From Octopus vulgaris (lineage: Eukaryota): a DNA stretch of 64,000 nt. The notes beneath the pieces are model-generated. The model did no database searches and had not been told where the DNA came from. It saw nothing but the letters and a program-made list of their open reading frames with translations. Location of the stretch: assembly GCA_951406725.2 (NCBI GenBank), contig OX597827.1:73594001-73658000 (forward strand), in the 5' to 3' direction. A program made the translations under genes and the position numbers. Shown here piece after piece: positions 44,300-57,343 of the stretch; within the stretch, counting starts at the first letter, position 1; the number at the start of each line of letters is the position of its first letter.

Positions 44300-46700
44300 A
44301 ATTACACCGATCTCAGTGCTCACTACTATTTATTTTATCAAATCCGAAACGAAGAAGTGCAAGGTCACCATCGGCTGAATTTGAACTCAAAATGTAGGGA
44401 GTGAAAAGTAATCCTGCTATACATTCTGTCACTGCTCTAAAAAACTGCTCGCTCGACGCTCCATTCACCACACTAATAATGGTTTCAAATTTTGGCACAA
44501 GGCCAGAAATTTAATTGGAAGGGCAAGTATATTAAATATTTTATCGCCTCTGAAAGAATGAAAGGCATCGTTGACCTCGACAGAATTTGAACTCAAAGCG
44601 TAAAGACGGACGAAATCTGACGATTCTGCCAGATCCCCACCTTATTCACCACCCTAATAATATTTTCTACTAAAAACACAAGTCCTGAAACTTGGGGAGG
44701 GGACTAGTCGATTACATCGACCCCAATGTTTCACTGGCACTTAGTTTATCGACCCCGAAAGGATGAAAGACATAATCGTCATCGGCGGAATTTCACTTCA
44801 GAACGTAGCGATGGATGAAACACCGCTAAACATTTCGTCCAGACTGGTAACAATTCTACCAGCTCGCTGCCTTATTCACTACACTAATATTGATCCCACA
44901 TTCACAAGGCCTCGCTCACCATTCTAATAATCATTGACATCATATAAATATCACTAGTTACATTGTTATGCATACGACATGAGGAACGTGTCTATAAGAC
45001 CGAATTATTTTTACTGATGTTTATTTTAAGGACACCGCAATGATTAAAAAGAGAAGATAAAAGTTGTCCGGCAGCGATACGTGCAGCGAAACACTGCAAC
45101 GAATTCAACGTAATACTCTACCCTTTCTTCATCTGACAGCTCTTCACAACATAATTATTACAAATATTGACATTCATAAAAGAAACAATTCTTTCAAAGA
45201 TATTAATGGAATAGAATCGTCTTCCGTATTCTTTTATTTTATCACAATTGGTAGACGTGTACATTGAAGAAAGATATAATTGTGTTTGTCATTGTTCAGT
45301 TGAAGTGCGTAGGTTCGAAACATAAAAGACTTTTTTTCATAATGAGATCAAGTTATGTTTCCTCAGGTGATATTCAAGTGTTGTCTCCGTTAGTGTAAAA
45401 TCTTCGACTTCGAGGCCTTCCGATGCGCCCGTCTTACTTTGGATCTTGTAGTATTTATTAGATTTATGTTATTTAGTGGCAGGGTATGTTTGTTGGATTG
45501 CTATAAGTGGTTGTGGATGGCTGTTTTGGTATCGGCTGATCACTGATCTCAAAAATATCCGCTAATGATTTTTCCCGCTGAACGCCGTATATAATTGTTT
45601 TTATACAGGCAGGAGGTCAGTATTTTTTATGGTATTTAGTACATCGCACCTAGTACTGGACTGGCACACTAATTTTTCCACTCCGGAGGGAGGAAAGACT
45701 AAGTTAACCGCTAGCGGAATTTGGTCTCAGAGTATGAACTCGGAAGAAATACTGCTTTCACAATATTGCCAGCGCGCCACGGTGATAATAATAATAATAA
45801 TAATAATAATTTTTTATAATATAGGTACAAGGCATTAAGGCGGCGATCAGGTAGAAACGTTTGCACGCCGGGCAAAATTCTTTGCGGTATTTCGTCTGCC
45901 GTTACGTTCTGAGTTCCGCCGAGGTCGACATTGCCTTTCATCCTTTCGGGGTCGATTATATAAGTACCAGTTACGCACTAGGGTCGATATAATCGACTTA
46001 ATCCGTTTGTCTGTCCTTGTTTGTGCCCTCTGTGTGTAGCCCCTTGTGGGTAATAAAGAAATAGGTATTTCGTCTGCCGCTACGTTCTGAGTTCCGCTGA
46101 GGTCGACATTGCCTTTCATCCTTTCGGGGTCAATTAAATAAGTACCAGTTACGCACTAGGGTCGATATAATCGACTTAATCCGTTTGTCTGTCTTTGTTT
46201 GTGCCCTATATGTTTAGTTCCTTGTGGGCAATAGAGAAAGAAGAAACGTTAGCACGCCGGTCGAAATGCTTTGCGGTATCTTCTCTGTCTTTACGTTCTG
46301 ATTTCAAATTCCTCCGAGGTTGACTTTGCCTTTCATCCTTTCAGGGTCAATAAAGTAAGTAGCAGTTGCGTACAGGGATCGATCTAATCCACTGGATCCC
46401 TCCCCCTAAATTTAGGGCCTTGTACCTAGAGCAGAAAAGAATAATTAGCATGCCGGGAAAATGTGCCTTTCATTTTTGTGGGGTGGGGTCTATAAGATAA
46501 GTATCGGCCAAGAACTGAGGGGTCGATATAATCAGCGTACCTCTCTCCCGAGATTGCTGGCCTTGTGTCAAAATTTGAAATCAATGAAGGTACAAGGTTT
46601 AAAATTTAGGGTAGGGAGCGAGTCGATTACATCGACCCAGACCTTCTATTGCCACATTATTTTGTCCACTTCGGAAAGACGAAAAGCAAAATTGACGTTT
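44300..46700. mobile_element. Cluster of the same SINE-like repeat in both orientations, with a partial tandem triplication at 45836-46440
   Basis: Repeated gttctgagtt...gccgaggtcgacattgcctttcatcctttcggggtc units; A/B-box-like head. Confidence 0.8.
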
Positions 46701-47301
46701 ACATGCGCGTGCACCCTAACACACACATACATATGTACATGCATACGCACACAAACACAAAAGACGTGGGGGTCACGATTGGAACACCATTTACTGGAGA
46801 TTTCCAAATTCAAGGACCCAGCGATAATCTATATATGGTTTGGGTTTCTGTCACTAAATAAATCCGAAAGAAAGTCCAAGTCTATACACGGTAGGGGAGT
46901 GGCTATAATGCTCCTTAAGACGGTTCATTGGTCTGCACAATCAGGGCTTACCTGGCGAGTCAGAAAAGGAGCTCTATGGTTACGCGACCTGTTGCACTTA
47001 GAAGATAAATCTTTCTAAAAGCACACACTACTGTCGTTAATAGGCCACAGGATATATTAGATAATAATGTAGTACTGGATGTAGTGTCTGAAATAAACGG
47101 TATTTGATCTTACAGGTATCTGCATAATCAGGGTTGATTTAGAGCTAAACAACTGTACTATCCCAAACTACCACTACTGCCATCACCACCACCACCAACA
47201 CTGCCATCCCCACTTCAACTGCTATCACATCCTATACCGTTTGGGTGTTAAGTACAACTATATAGTTAAAAGTTTTATGAGTTCTCGGGAATTCCGGTTT
47301 A

Positions 47302-48594
47302 CGAGGGACGTTCAATAAGTAATGCCTCTGACCCACTTGCAGTTGTTTGATCTAGCTGAAATGTTGCATGTGCAATCATATATATCTCTATAGAGTAAGT
47401 GGCAAACTACAGCTCTGAACTAATTGTGGTGTCTGATTTACACGTGTTTGAACCGAGTCAAGTGTGAAATGGAGCCTGTTGAGTGTCGAGCAGTGATCCG
47501 GGTTTTGTATTTGAAAGGACGCACACCACGGGAGACTTTTGATGAAATGAAAGTAACTTATGGTGATGATGCCCCATCATATGACCTTGTAAAACGCTGG
47601 CATCGTGAATTCAAACATGGTCGGAACTCTGTGGAAACAGCTCCCAGATCTGGTCGCCCTCCTTCTGCCATTGATGAAGCATCTGTCCGTCAAATTGAGG
47701 CTGCCATTTTGGAAGATCGACGCATAATTATTCGCCAAATAGCCCATGAAGTCAAGATTAGTACCGGGTCTGTGGAAACTATCATTCATGACCATTTGCA
47801 TATGCAAAAGGTGTCTGCCAGATGGATTCCCAGGTTGCTCACGCCTTTCCAGAAGCAAGAACGCGTCGAGTGCTCGAGGGTGAATTTGGAGATGTGCCAA
47901 GAAGATGAGTAAACATTTTTCAAAAGACTGATTACACAGGATGAAACCTGGGTCCATCACGATGATCCAGAGACCAAAGTCCAGTCAATGCAGTGGAAGC
48001 ACCGTGACGCACCTCCTCCAAAGATGGCAAGGGTGCAGCCCTCCGCTGGCATGGTCATGCTCACAGTCTTCTGGGACCAGGACGGAGTAGTGATGACAGA
48101 TTTCTTGGCAAAGGGTACCACAATTGCAGGAGCCTATTATGCTTCACTTTTGAGGAAATTAAGAGAAGTTATCAAAATCAAGAGGCGGGGCAAGATCAGC
48201 AAAGGCATCCTCCTCCTGCAGGACAACGCTCCGGTCCACAACTCGCTTGTCGCCAGATCAAAAGCACAGGTGTATGGCTATGAACTCCTCTCCCATTCCC
48301 CTACTTTCCTGACCTTGCACCCTCTGATTTTCACTTCTTCCCAGTCATGAAGTTGTTTTTGAAAGGAAAGCGTTTCCCAGATGATGCAGCCTTGATTTCT
48401 GAAGTCACGTTCAGGTTGGAGGACCTAGCTGAGGGTCTTCTACAAAAACGGTCTCCAGAGCTGCATCAAACAATGGGAGAAATGCGTAACTCTGGGTGGT
48501 TCCTATGTAGAAAAAGACTAATAACTGTGCCAAGTTTCGTTGCTCTACTGCTATGGGAAGTGGGTCAGGGGCATTACTTATTGAACGCCCCTCG
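47302..48594 (+). mobile_element. Full-length mariner (DD34D) transposon with TIRs and TA TSD
   Basis: TA-cgagggacgttcaataagtaatgcctctgacccactt ... aagtgggtcaggggcattacttattgaacgcccctcg-TA; 1293 bp. Confidence 0.95.
47469..48521 (+). pseudogene. Mariner transposase pseudogene
   Basis: WIPRLL, TQDETW, LQDNAP and PDLAPSDF motifs; TAA at 47910-47912 and frameshifts near 48300 and 48430. Confidence 0.9.
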
Positions 48595-48972
48595 TAATCC
48601 TACATCGAGCAAGTGTCTCCTATCAGAGCGTCATGTTAGCCCGAGTGTACTCAGTGAAACGTTTATAGAAACACCCTCAGTGGGATCGCCTTGAATTGAC
48701 TGACTCCGTTTTTAAACGTTTCGATACAGCTGTCTCTCCTACCCCACCTCACGGCCGTCAAGTACATTTAGTAGAATCTTCATTCGGTTCAGGCGTGCGG
48801 TTTAAAGATCGTTTAAAGCCTTTTCTCTCATCGGGGAGGAAAGGGAAAATGAGATTCGTGCGTTGTCCTTCCTGCATTCTGTACGAGCTATGACAAAAAT
48901 AATTAAAAAAATATCCGCCTCAAAACATTGGTATCATTCACAAAATACTAGTTATTAACAATATATATCTAG

Positions 48973-49087
<115 letters not shown>

Positions 49088-49362
49088 AAAGATGTCGTCC
49101 CGAAATTAAGGTAACCGAAATTTCGGGCTTTAATAAATATCAGTAGATGTAATAAGATATGAAAATTATATATTATAAAAGCTTAGTGTATCTTCTTTTC
49201 TCTTCAGACTAAATATATTCATATCTATAAACTAGGTAATGTCTGTAGACCAAAATACAAACATAACCCTCCGCAAAAGGGACGAAACTAATACATCTAT
49301 AGCAAAAGGGCTTAAAATTAACCGAGGAACACTTTGGAAAATTGTGAAGAAATTTCAAGAGA

Positions 49363-51091
49363 CTCAACAGGCGTATCGATTGAGGACCCTTATCAACAGA
49401 GTCAATTATTTGCCGAGGCTTTTTCAACTATTTTCAAACAAGATGATGGTCGTGAACCCCCTCCATTTGATAGATCGGTACCTCCAATGCTTCGATTGAT
49501 CATCACGCGGGACGAAGTCAAACGTGTTATTCAAGGCCTCGATGTCAACAACGGTCACGGCCCTGACGGCATACACCCACGGGTTATCAAAGCGTTGGCT
49601 CCGGTCATCTGCGAGCCCTTAACACGACTATTCAATATGTCATTGGCGACGGGTGTTATACCTGCAGACTGGAGAACAGCGATAATCTGCCCAATTTTCA
49701 AGAAAGGGAGCCGCGAAGACCCGCTTAACTACCGACCGGTTTCCCTTACATCAATAATCAGCAAGATGTTCGAAACCATCCTTAGGAAACGTATGATGCT
49801 CCACCTCCTAAGCACAGCCTCGATCACTGATTCCCAACACGGCTTCGTGCAGAAGAGATCATGCTTGACCAACTTACTAGTAATGGAAGAATTGGTGACG
49901 CGCATCCTCGATGATAGTGATGCTGTTGACATCGTTTTATTGGACTTTGCCAAAGCTTTTGACTCGGTAAACCACCGCCTACTACTTGTCAAGCTTCAAG
50001 CATATAGTTTCCATCCGGATATTGTACGATTGGTTGGTGCCTTCCTCTCAGATCGCTCCTTCCAAGTTCAAGTTAATGGTTCGCGGTCCGACGTCTCCAG
50101 TGCGAGCAGTGGCGTGCCTCAAGGTTCAGTGCTTGGGCCCTTGTTGTTCTTAGTCTTCATAAATGACTTGCCCGACGACCTCACGCAACACACCCTTCTA
50201 TTTTCCGACGATATCAAACTGGTCGCTCCTCGCGGTAGTATAGAGGATCTTCGTCGATGCCTCCACCAAATTTGGAAGTGGTCTAACGATTGGGACCTGT
50301 GTCTGAACGTGTCAATGTGCTGTCATCTGCCTGTCGGCTCTACTCCTACAACTCAACTTGATTTCGAGCCGGGTCGTCTGCTGCTGGAGAGGACCGATCA
50401 GGTAAAGGACCTGGGTATCTTGGTGGATTCCTCCTTTTCGCCTTCGGCCCAGTGCGTCCATGCTGCCAACAAAGCACGCGGAATTCTGTTTTTGATTCGA
50501 CGGTCATTCGGAGTGCTCACAGCAGCCATATTCCTGACACTCTATGTCACGCTGGTGAGACCCATATTGGAGTATGGGATTCAAGCCTCTTCTCCTTATC
50601 TCCTCAAAGACATACAGCATCTCGAAAGAGTCCAGAGGCTGGCTACCCGCCTGGTTCATGGTCTCAAAAATTTGTCCTACGGAGAAAGGCTGAGGACGCT
50701 CGACCTTTATTCTCTTGAAAAACGCCGCCGCCGTGGTGATCTCATTCTCGCCCACAACATCATAAGCGGGAAGTGTAACCTCTCGAAAGAGCTGTTCTTC
50801 ACTCCTGCTCCGGAGCGTCGGCTGCGGGGTCATTCCGAAAAGCTCTACCTGCGACGATTTCATCTCGATCGAAGGAGAGGAGCTTTCTCCGTCCGGGTTG
50901 CGGATCCGTGGAACAAGCTGCCAGATGAGATGGTGAAGATGCCGACGACCGCTTTGTTCAAAGCCTCCCTGGACCTCAAGTGGCCTGAACTCTTTACATG
51001 AACACCACCCTGTACTTAACTCCATGTCCCCCTACATGGCCTTGCTATTTGCTTTTGAGCCAAATTAACTAACTAACTAACTAACTAACTA
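49363..51091 (+). mobile_element. 5'-truncated CR1-group LINE with an open RT ORF and (CTAA)n tail
   Basis: GPDGI, YRPVSLTS, QHGF, DFAKAFDSV, GVPQGSVLGP, FSDD, DLG; ORF ends at 51001; tail (aact)n. Confidence 0.93.
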
Positions 51092-51249
51092 AAGGAATCC
51101 AACGTTAAACTAGCATCTGCTTGGCAACAGAAATAATACAAAATTACTTGGAAAAAATAAAAGGTAAAACCTTGCAGTAAGTTAAGTCAGATTAACAAAC
51201 AAAACTGTTCATACCTATCTAGTAACGGCAAATGTCAAGTCCTTGAGAT

Positions 51250-51298
<49 letters not shown>

Positions 51299-52029
51299 AT
51301 AGAAATGGTAAGACAACAAAAGAAAGAAAGAGACCTCTATATTATGTAAATAGAGGAATTTATCTGTGAATGAAATATGTGACATGTATTCGGTAGCTAT
51401 GATAAAACTCCGAGTTTTATCATGGCCACCGAATAATTGCCAATGACTAAGAATTCTAGAAAATTAATAATTGCCTGAACAGAGTGAAGAGGCAACATAC
51501 ACTTAGGAAAAAGTGAAAGCGTGAAAGAGAAAAAAGAGAGGTTGTGTGCAAGAATGAAAGAGAGAGAGAAAAAGAGAAAGAGGGAGTGAAAGTGAGAGAG
51601 AGAAAGAAGAAGAAAACCTCCATAAAACAATGGTTCCCAAGCTGACAAATATCACACCTTTGCAAATAAGAAGTGACATTTGTTATTGCCAAGGCCTTTA
51701 CGATAGGCTTTACTTCCAAAAAATGTTTCATTCTTCCAAATTTAAAACTATATTAATTTCATTCGGCATGATTATTTGTCTGACCCCGTTCTAATCCTCA
51801 AACACACACACACAAGTTAAAATAACGTATAGTAAGTAAATGCAAAAACGTAAAACTGACACTGGATGGCAAGTTAAGAAACAGTAAATGCGCAGACGAA
51901 CAGAAACAGACACAGAAGGTCCCCAACTCGTCATCAGTTATCGGCCAGAGTGTCAAACGCAATTTCGTGCCTGCTTTTGTATGATTGCATATAGAAGAAT
52001 ATAACAATCAATGAAATTCCAACCTAGTC

Positions 52030-53385
52030 TGATTCTCACGGTTTATTATTTGCAATATTATAATAATAGAATATTATATATTTGTTGTGATAAAACTAGT
52101 ACTTTCATGCGTTACGCAAACATCAGGTTTATTGAGTAGTTGTGACAGTCGTGTTCCACAATTGACAACTCTAGTGAAATTATTGAATTTGTCCTTTAAA
52201 TACCTTCCGATTGGTTCCAGCAGGTTGAATCTTACAAACTGCATTTTGATTAATCAGTATGTAGCTTAGATGTCATAGTTTGGTGAGCGCGCCAATTAAA
52301 TTCTAACTGTATTTCGACCAGTCAGTATTTGACTCAGATTTCATGGTTTGGTAACTTGGTTAGCATATGTCCCGCTTTTTACAACGAAATATTTTAACCA
52401 ATTGGTGAGCGGGTTAGACGTCACGGCTTGGTGGGCACGTCGGGGTTATACGTCACGGCTTGATGGGCACTAATAGTGTTAATAAAGAATACCAAACGAG
52501 TTCCCTATGGATATCGTATTTATTACAACAAGGGGCTTGTAAACATGTCTAACGAGCGAAAGCGAGTTAGACACGTTTACAAGCCACGAATTGTAATAAA
52601 AACGGTATCCATAGGGAATGAGTTTGGTATTTTATTTATTACACACGAATAAACGACCATATTTTATTAATCCAATAACTAAATTCTTCACATCGTGTTG
52701 AAGCGCGCATGAATACAGCTTGGTTGAAATTCAAGTTCATTATTGCTCTCATCAAATAAATCGTCACGTAGAAGTTCGTTGTACACCTCATCAGGGATGT
52801 TAGATCTAGGGTTCGATGACAATCCACTCGTCGGTGACACTGTTTCAGGTACCTTTGTTAACCTGTATCCAGCAACATGTTGAACTTGGCCAGTATTGAT
52901 CTTCACTTTGAACATTCTGTATGTTCCAAGAGGTTGAACAACTGATAACACTCTTCCCCCATCTTTACCATCAATTTTAACAAAATCATTCACCTTGATA
53001 TCGACAACAGTAGCCATCTTGTTGATAGATCTACCTGCACTGCAAGAGTATCGACGAGCAGATGAAATATGTAGTGATTTTTTTGGCAACAAAAAATTGA
53101 ATTACCACCAGAAATGTTTATATTTTATGTGTATATGACTTTAAGTGATATCTGGTATAAAAAAGATAGTATGTTTGTTTAATTACATGGCTACATTCTA
53201 CCTGCTCGTGAAAGTAATGAATGAAGTTTAGTTGTAACTTATGAATGACAAAAGTAGTGCCGTCACCGTGACCTCGGGTCATCACCATGGATTGACCAAT
53301 CAGAAGCAGCGCTCGCAGTATCTGACATATGTTAGATACAAAAAATATCTCAAAGTGTTCTCACTCACATGTGTGTAATAAACTA
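52030..53385 (-). mobile_element. Putative non-autonomous Crypton-like element with an internal ~160-bp palindrome and a short ORF (boundaries approximate)
   Basis: Hairpin 52481-52640 centred on cgagcgaaagcgag; repeated TTTATTACA motifs; CCAAT box; CAAGATGGC start context. Confidence 0.5.
52688..53017 (-). CDS. 109-aa ORF with an SH3/Tudor/KOW-like beta-barrel pattern and acidic linker (probably a truncated element protein)
   Basis: aagATGG context; DIKVNDFVKIDGKDGGRVLSVVQPLGTYRMFKVKINTGQVQHVAGYRLTKV; complex protein-like composition. Confidence 0.5.
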   Translation of the reverse strand: MATVVDIKVNDFVKIDGKDGGRVLSVVQPLGTYRMFKVKINTGQVQHVAGYRLTKVPETVSPTSGLSSNPRSNIPDEVYNELLRDDLFDESNNELEFQPSCIHARFNTM

Positions 53386-54026
53386 TATAAATATTAACTT
53401 GACTGAACCTTGACCGCACCTAAAAACGAAATTTTACGTTTCAGTGAAGTTAATATTAATATAGTTAACACTATCAGCATCGTCTCCGTCACCTTTATTA
53501 TTGCTGCTGTTAGTGGTGGTTGTGGTGGGAGTAATAGTAGCAGCAGTAGTAGCACTTATCATTATCATGGCCATAATTATTTCATGTTCTCTCGAAAGTT
53601 CACAAAATTCATACACACACACACTGCGTCTGTTATGTATGGATGTATGTCTTCATATGTGCACCTGTGTGAAGTGAGGTATGTGTGTGTATATGGTCAC
53701 GTGTTTCTGTCTTCATTTGCTGGAGTACGTGTGTATGTGTGCGTGTCTGTTCATATTACCTATGTACCTATCTATCTGTATGTCGATCTGTTTACATTCA
53801 TATCCATTTACCTACATGCATATGCATATATGTATGTATGTATGTATGTATATACCTATGTATGTATGTATGTTTGTATGTATGTATGTATGTACATACG
53901 TACGTACGTATGTATGTATGTATGTTTGTCATTAATCAGTTTTATTTCAGGATTTCTTTCGAATAGAGAAACAGCCGGATTCCAACCTTGATTCAGAGCT
54001 TCCTTGGAATTTCAATATCAACAAGG

Positions 54027-54435
54027 TTGTGTGTGTATGTATGTATGTATGTATGTATGTGTGTATGTATGTGTGTATGTATGTATGTATGTATGAATGT
54101 ATGTATGTATGAATGTATGTATGTATGTATGTATGTATGTATGTATGTATGTATGTATGTATATATGTGTGTGTGTATGTGTGTATGTGTTTATGTATGT
54201 ATGTATGTATGTATGTATGTGTGTATGTATGTGTGTATGTATGTATGTATGTATGTATGTACGTATGTATGTATGTATGTGTGTATGTGTGTATGTGTTT
54301 ATGTATGTATGTATGTGTGTGTGTATGTATGTATGTGTATATGTATGTATGTATCTATGTGTGTGTGTGTATGTATGTATGTATGTATGTATGTATGTAT
54401 GTATGTATGTATGTGTGTGTGTGTGTGTGTGCATG
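54027..54435. repeat. Long compound (TATG)n/(TG)n microsatellite, representative of dozens of TA, CA, TATG, TAA and CT tracts
   Basis: Seen directly. Confidence 0.95.
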
Positions 54436-54517
54436 TATCTGTATTGTTCTAACCTAAATCCAAGGAACCGTCACTGGAATTTTAACATTACCAACGGGTT
54501 TTTTGCATGTATGTATG

Positions 54518-54568
<51 letters not shown>

Positions 54569-54782
54569 ATATTTGCATGTATGTTCGTATGTGTGAATAC
54601 GTGCAGATTTGTATATTTGGTTTTATGTATGTTTTCTCTTGCATATTGTTGCATATCTAGACATGTTCATATATATTTAAATGATAGACTTTTGGAAAGT
54701 TTTACAGATATTTAGAGTTCTAGTGACCGGTTGGATCTGTAGTCTTCGAATTAGCCTTTTCTTTTTATATATATATATATAT

Positions 54783-54820
<38 letters not shown>

Positions 54821-54848
54821 ATGTATGTATGCGTGTGTGTGTGTATGG

Positions 54849-54886
<38 letters not shown>

Positions 54887-54899
54887 GTATTTTATGTAT

Positions 54900-57343
54900 A
54901 TGTGCATGTATAGATACGGTAGTAGCGAATACTTAGCGAGTCAAAGTTAAGCACCGCATTTTGAGGATAGGTATATTCTGACTCAGTAATGGATAGACTA
55001 TCTGTTTAATCTATCAATCAATCTATCTATATTAAAGTTGTACACATACACATATACACACACACACACATAATGTACCCACACGCGCTCAACCGTTTGT
55101 ACGTATACATTATACATGGACAGTGAATTGAACAGTTGCCGTGTGTCCTTTAAATCGCTAAACTGGCTGTACACTGGAACGCCTACACATTTAAACAGAT
55201 CAATCAGTGATGAGACTGGAAATGATATTTATTTGAAGCTAAGGCGGTAGGCTGGCAGAAACCCTTACACGCCGGGCGAAATGCTTAGCAGTATTTCGTG
55301 ACTTTACTTTCTGAGTTCAAATTCCGCACAGATTGACTTTGCTTTTCCTCCTTTCGGGATCTATAAATTATGTGCCTATTGCGTACTGGAGTCAATCTAA
55401 TCGACTGTCCCTCTCGCCTTAAATTCCGGTCCTTATGCTTAGACTATAAAAGAATATTTATTTCAAACTTTGGCACAAGGCCACCAAGTTCGGTTGAGGA
55501 GGGTTAAATCGATTACTTCTACCATAATTCTCAACTGGTACTTGTTTTATTGACCACGAAAAGATAAACGCAAACTCAACTTTGGGCGGAATTTGAACTT
55601 AGAATGGTAATGACGGGGGAAATGCAGCTAAGCATTTTGCCTTGTGTGCCTTGTGTGCTAAGCATTTTGCCTTGTGTGCTCGCCGCCCTTATGCAGGCAC
55701 ATAATAGTGGTAAAACTATTGAAAGATTATACTACTATATACTACTAGACTTGAATATCTGGGTAAGTGAGCGCTCTAAGTGTTTCTAAAGTATTGTGCT
55801 TTCCATATAAGTTACATTGAGTGACACTCCCTTCACCAATTGTCAAATGGAGATAGTAGTAACTCTGATGGCTTCCGATATACGTCGCTGCAGCCTATAT
55901 TTATATTAGTAGATAATAATCGGAATGTTTTGGCCTTCTTTTCAGAACACTCCCCTTTTACTGTTGTTCGTGCAATCACCAAGCACACACACACACACGC
56001 ACACAGGCGAGCACACACAAACTCTCTCTCTCTCTCTCTCTGTTTCTCACACACGAGTCAAAGAGAGATCCTTTACACAATCGCATGTTTTTCAAGAAAT
56101 TGCAGCATGCTCTCCTTGAAACGAGAATCAATTTTTTCTAACATGTAGGAAGAAGACCAGAAAATTTAATCTATTGTAACCTATGATTACTGAACATACG
56201 AGATGGGTATAACTGGAATTCCTTTCTTGATAGGTCATGTATACATACATACAGACAGACAGACAGCAGACACACACATATATGCATACAAACGCCAAAT
56301 GCTTGATGCACAGAAGGTATCAACCAAATACCTGATGCACAAAAGGGATACAGATGCTGAGAAGACAATAAAATGTGACAATAGGCTGCAGCGACGTATA
56401 TCGGAAGCCATCAGAGTTACTACTATCTCCATTTGACAATTGGTGAAAGGGGTGTCACTCAATGTAACTTATATGGAAAGCACAATACTTTAGAAACACT
56501 TAGAGCGCTCACTTACCCAGATATTCAAGTCTAGTAGTATATAGTAGTATAATCTTTCAATAGTTTTACCACTATTATGTGCCTGCATAAGGGCGGCGAG
56601 CACACAAGGCAAAATGCTTAGCGGCATTTCCCCCGTCATTACCATTCTAAGTTCAAATTCCGCCCAAAGTTGAGCTTGCGTTTATCTTTTCGTGGTCAAT
56701 AAAACAAGTACCACTTGAGTATTGTGGTAGAAGTAATCGATTTAACCCTCCTCACCCGAACTTGGTGGCCTTGTGCCAAAGTTTGAAATAAATATTCTTT
56801 TATAGTCTAGGCATAAGGACCGGAATTTAAGGCGAGAGGGACAGTCGATTAGATTGACCCCAGTACGCAATAAGCACATAATTTATAGATCCCGAAAGGA
56901 GGAAAAGCAAAGTCCATCTGTGCGGAATTTGAACTCAGAAAGTAAAGACACGAAATACTGCTAAGCATTTCGCCCGGCGTGTAAGGGTTTCTGCCAGCCT
57001 ACCGCCTTAGCTTCAAATAAATATCATTTCCAGTCTCATCACTGATTGATCTGTTTGAATGTGTAGCCGTTCCAGTGTACAGCCAGTTTAGCGATTTAAA
57101 GGACACACGGCAACTGTTCAATTCACTTTCCATGTATAATGTATACATACAAACGATCGAGCGCGTGTGTGTACATTATGTGTGTGTGTGTGTATATGTG
57201 TATGTGTACAACTTTAATATAGATAGATTGATTGATAGATTAAACAGATAGTCTATCCATTACTGAGTCAGAATATACCTATCCTCAAAATGCGGTGCTT
57301 AACTTTGACTCGCTAAGTATTCGCTACTACCGTATCTATACAT

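Noticed and set aside
45836-46440. Regularly recurring repeats suggestive of a CRISPR array
   Set aside because: Tandem SINE fragments with no unique spacers and no cas genes; eukaryotic context.
49334-49362. Start of the 555-aa ORF as a real protein N-terminus
   Set aside because: Non-ATG start in flanking transposase remnant; the LINE is 5'-truncated.
51900-51945. CTGATGA on the minus strand as a hammerhead
   Set aside because: No stem II/GAAA partner downstream.
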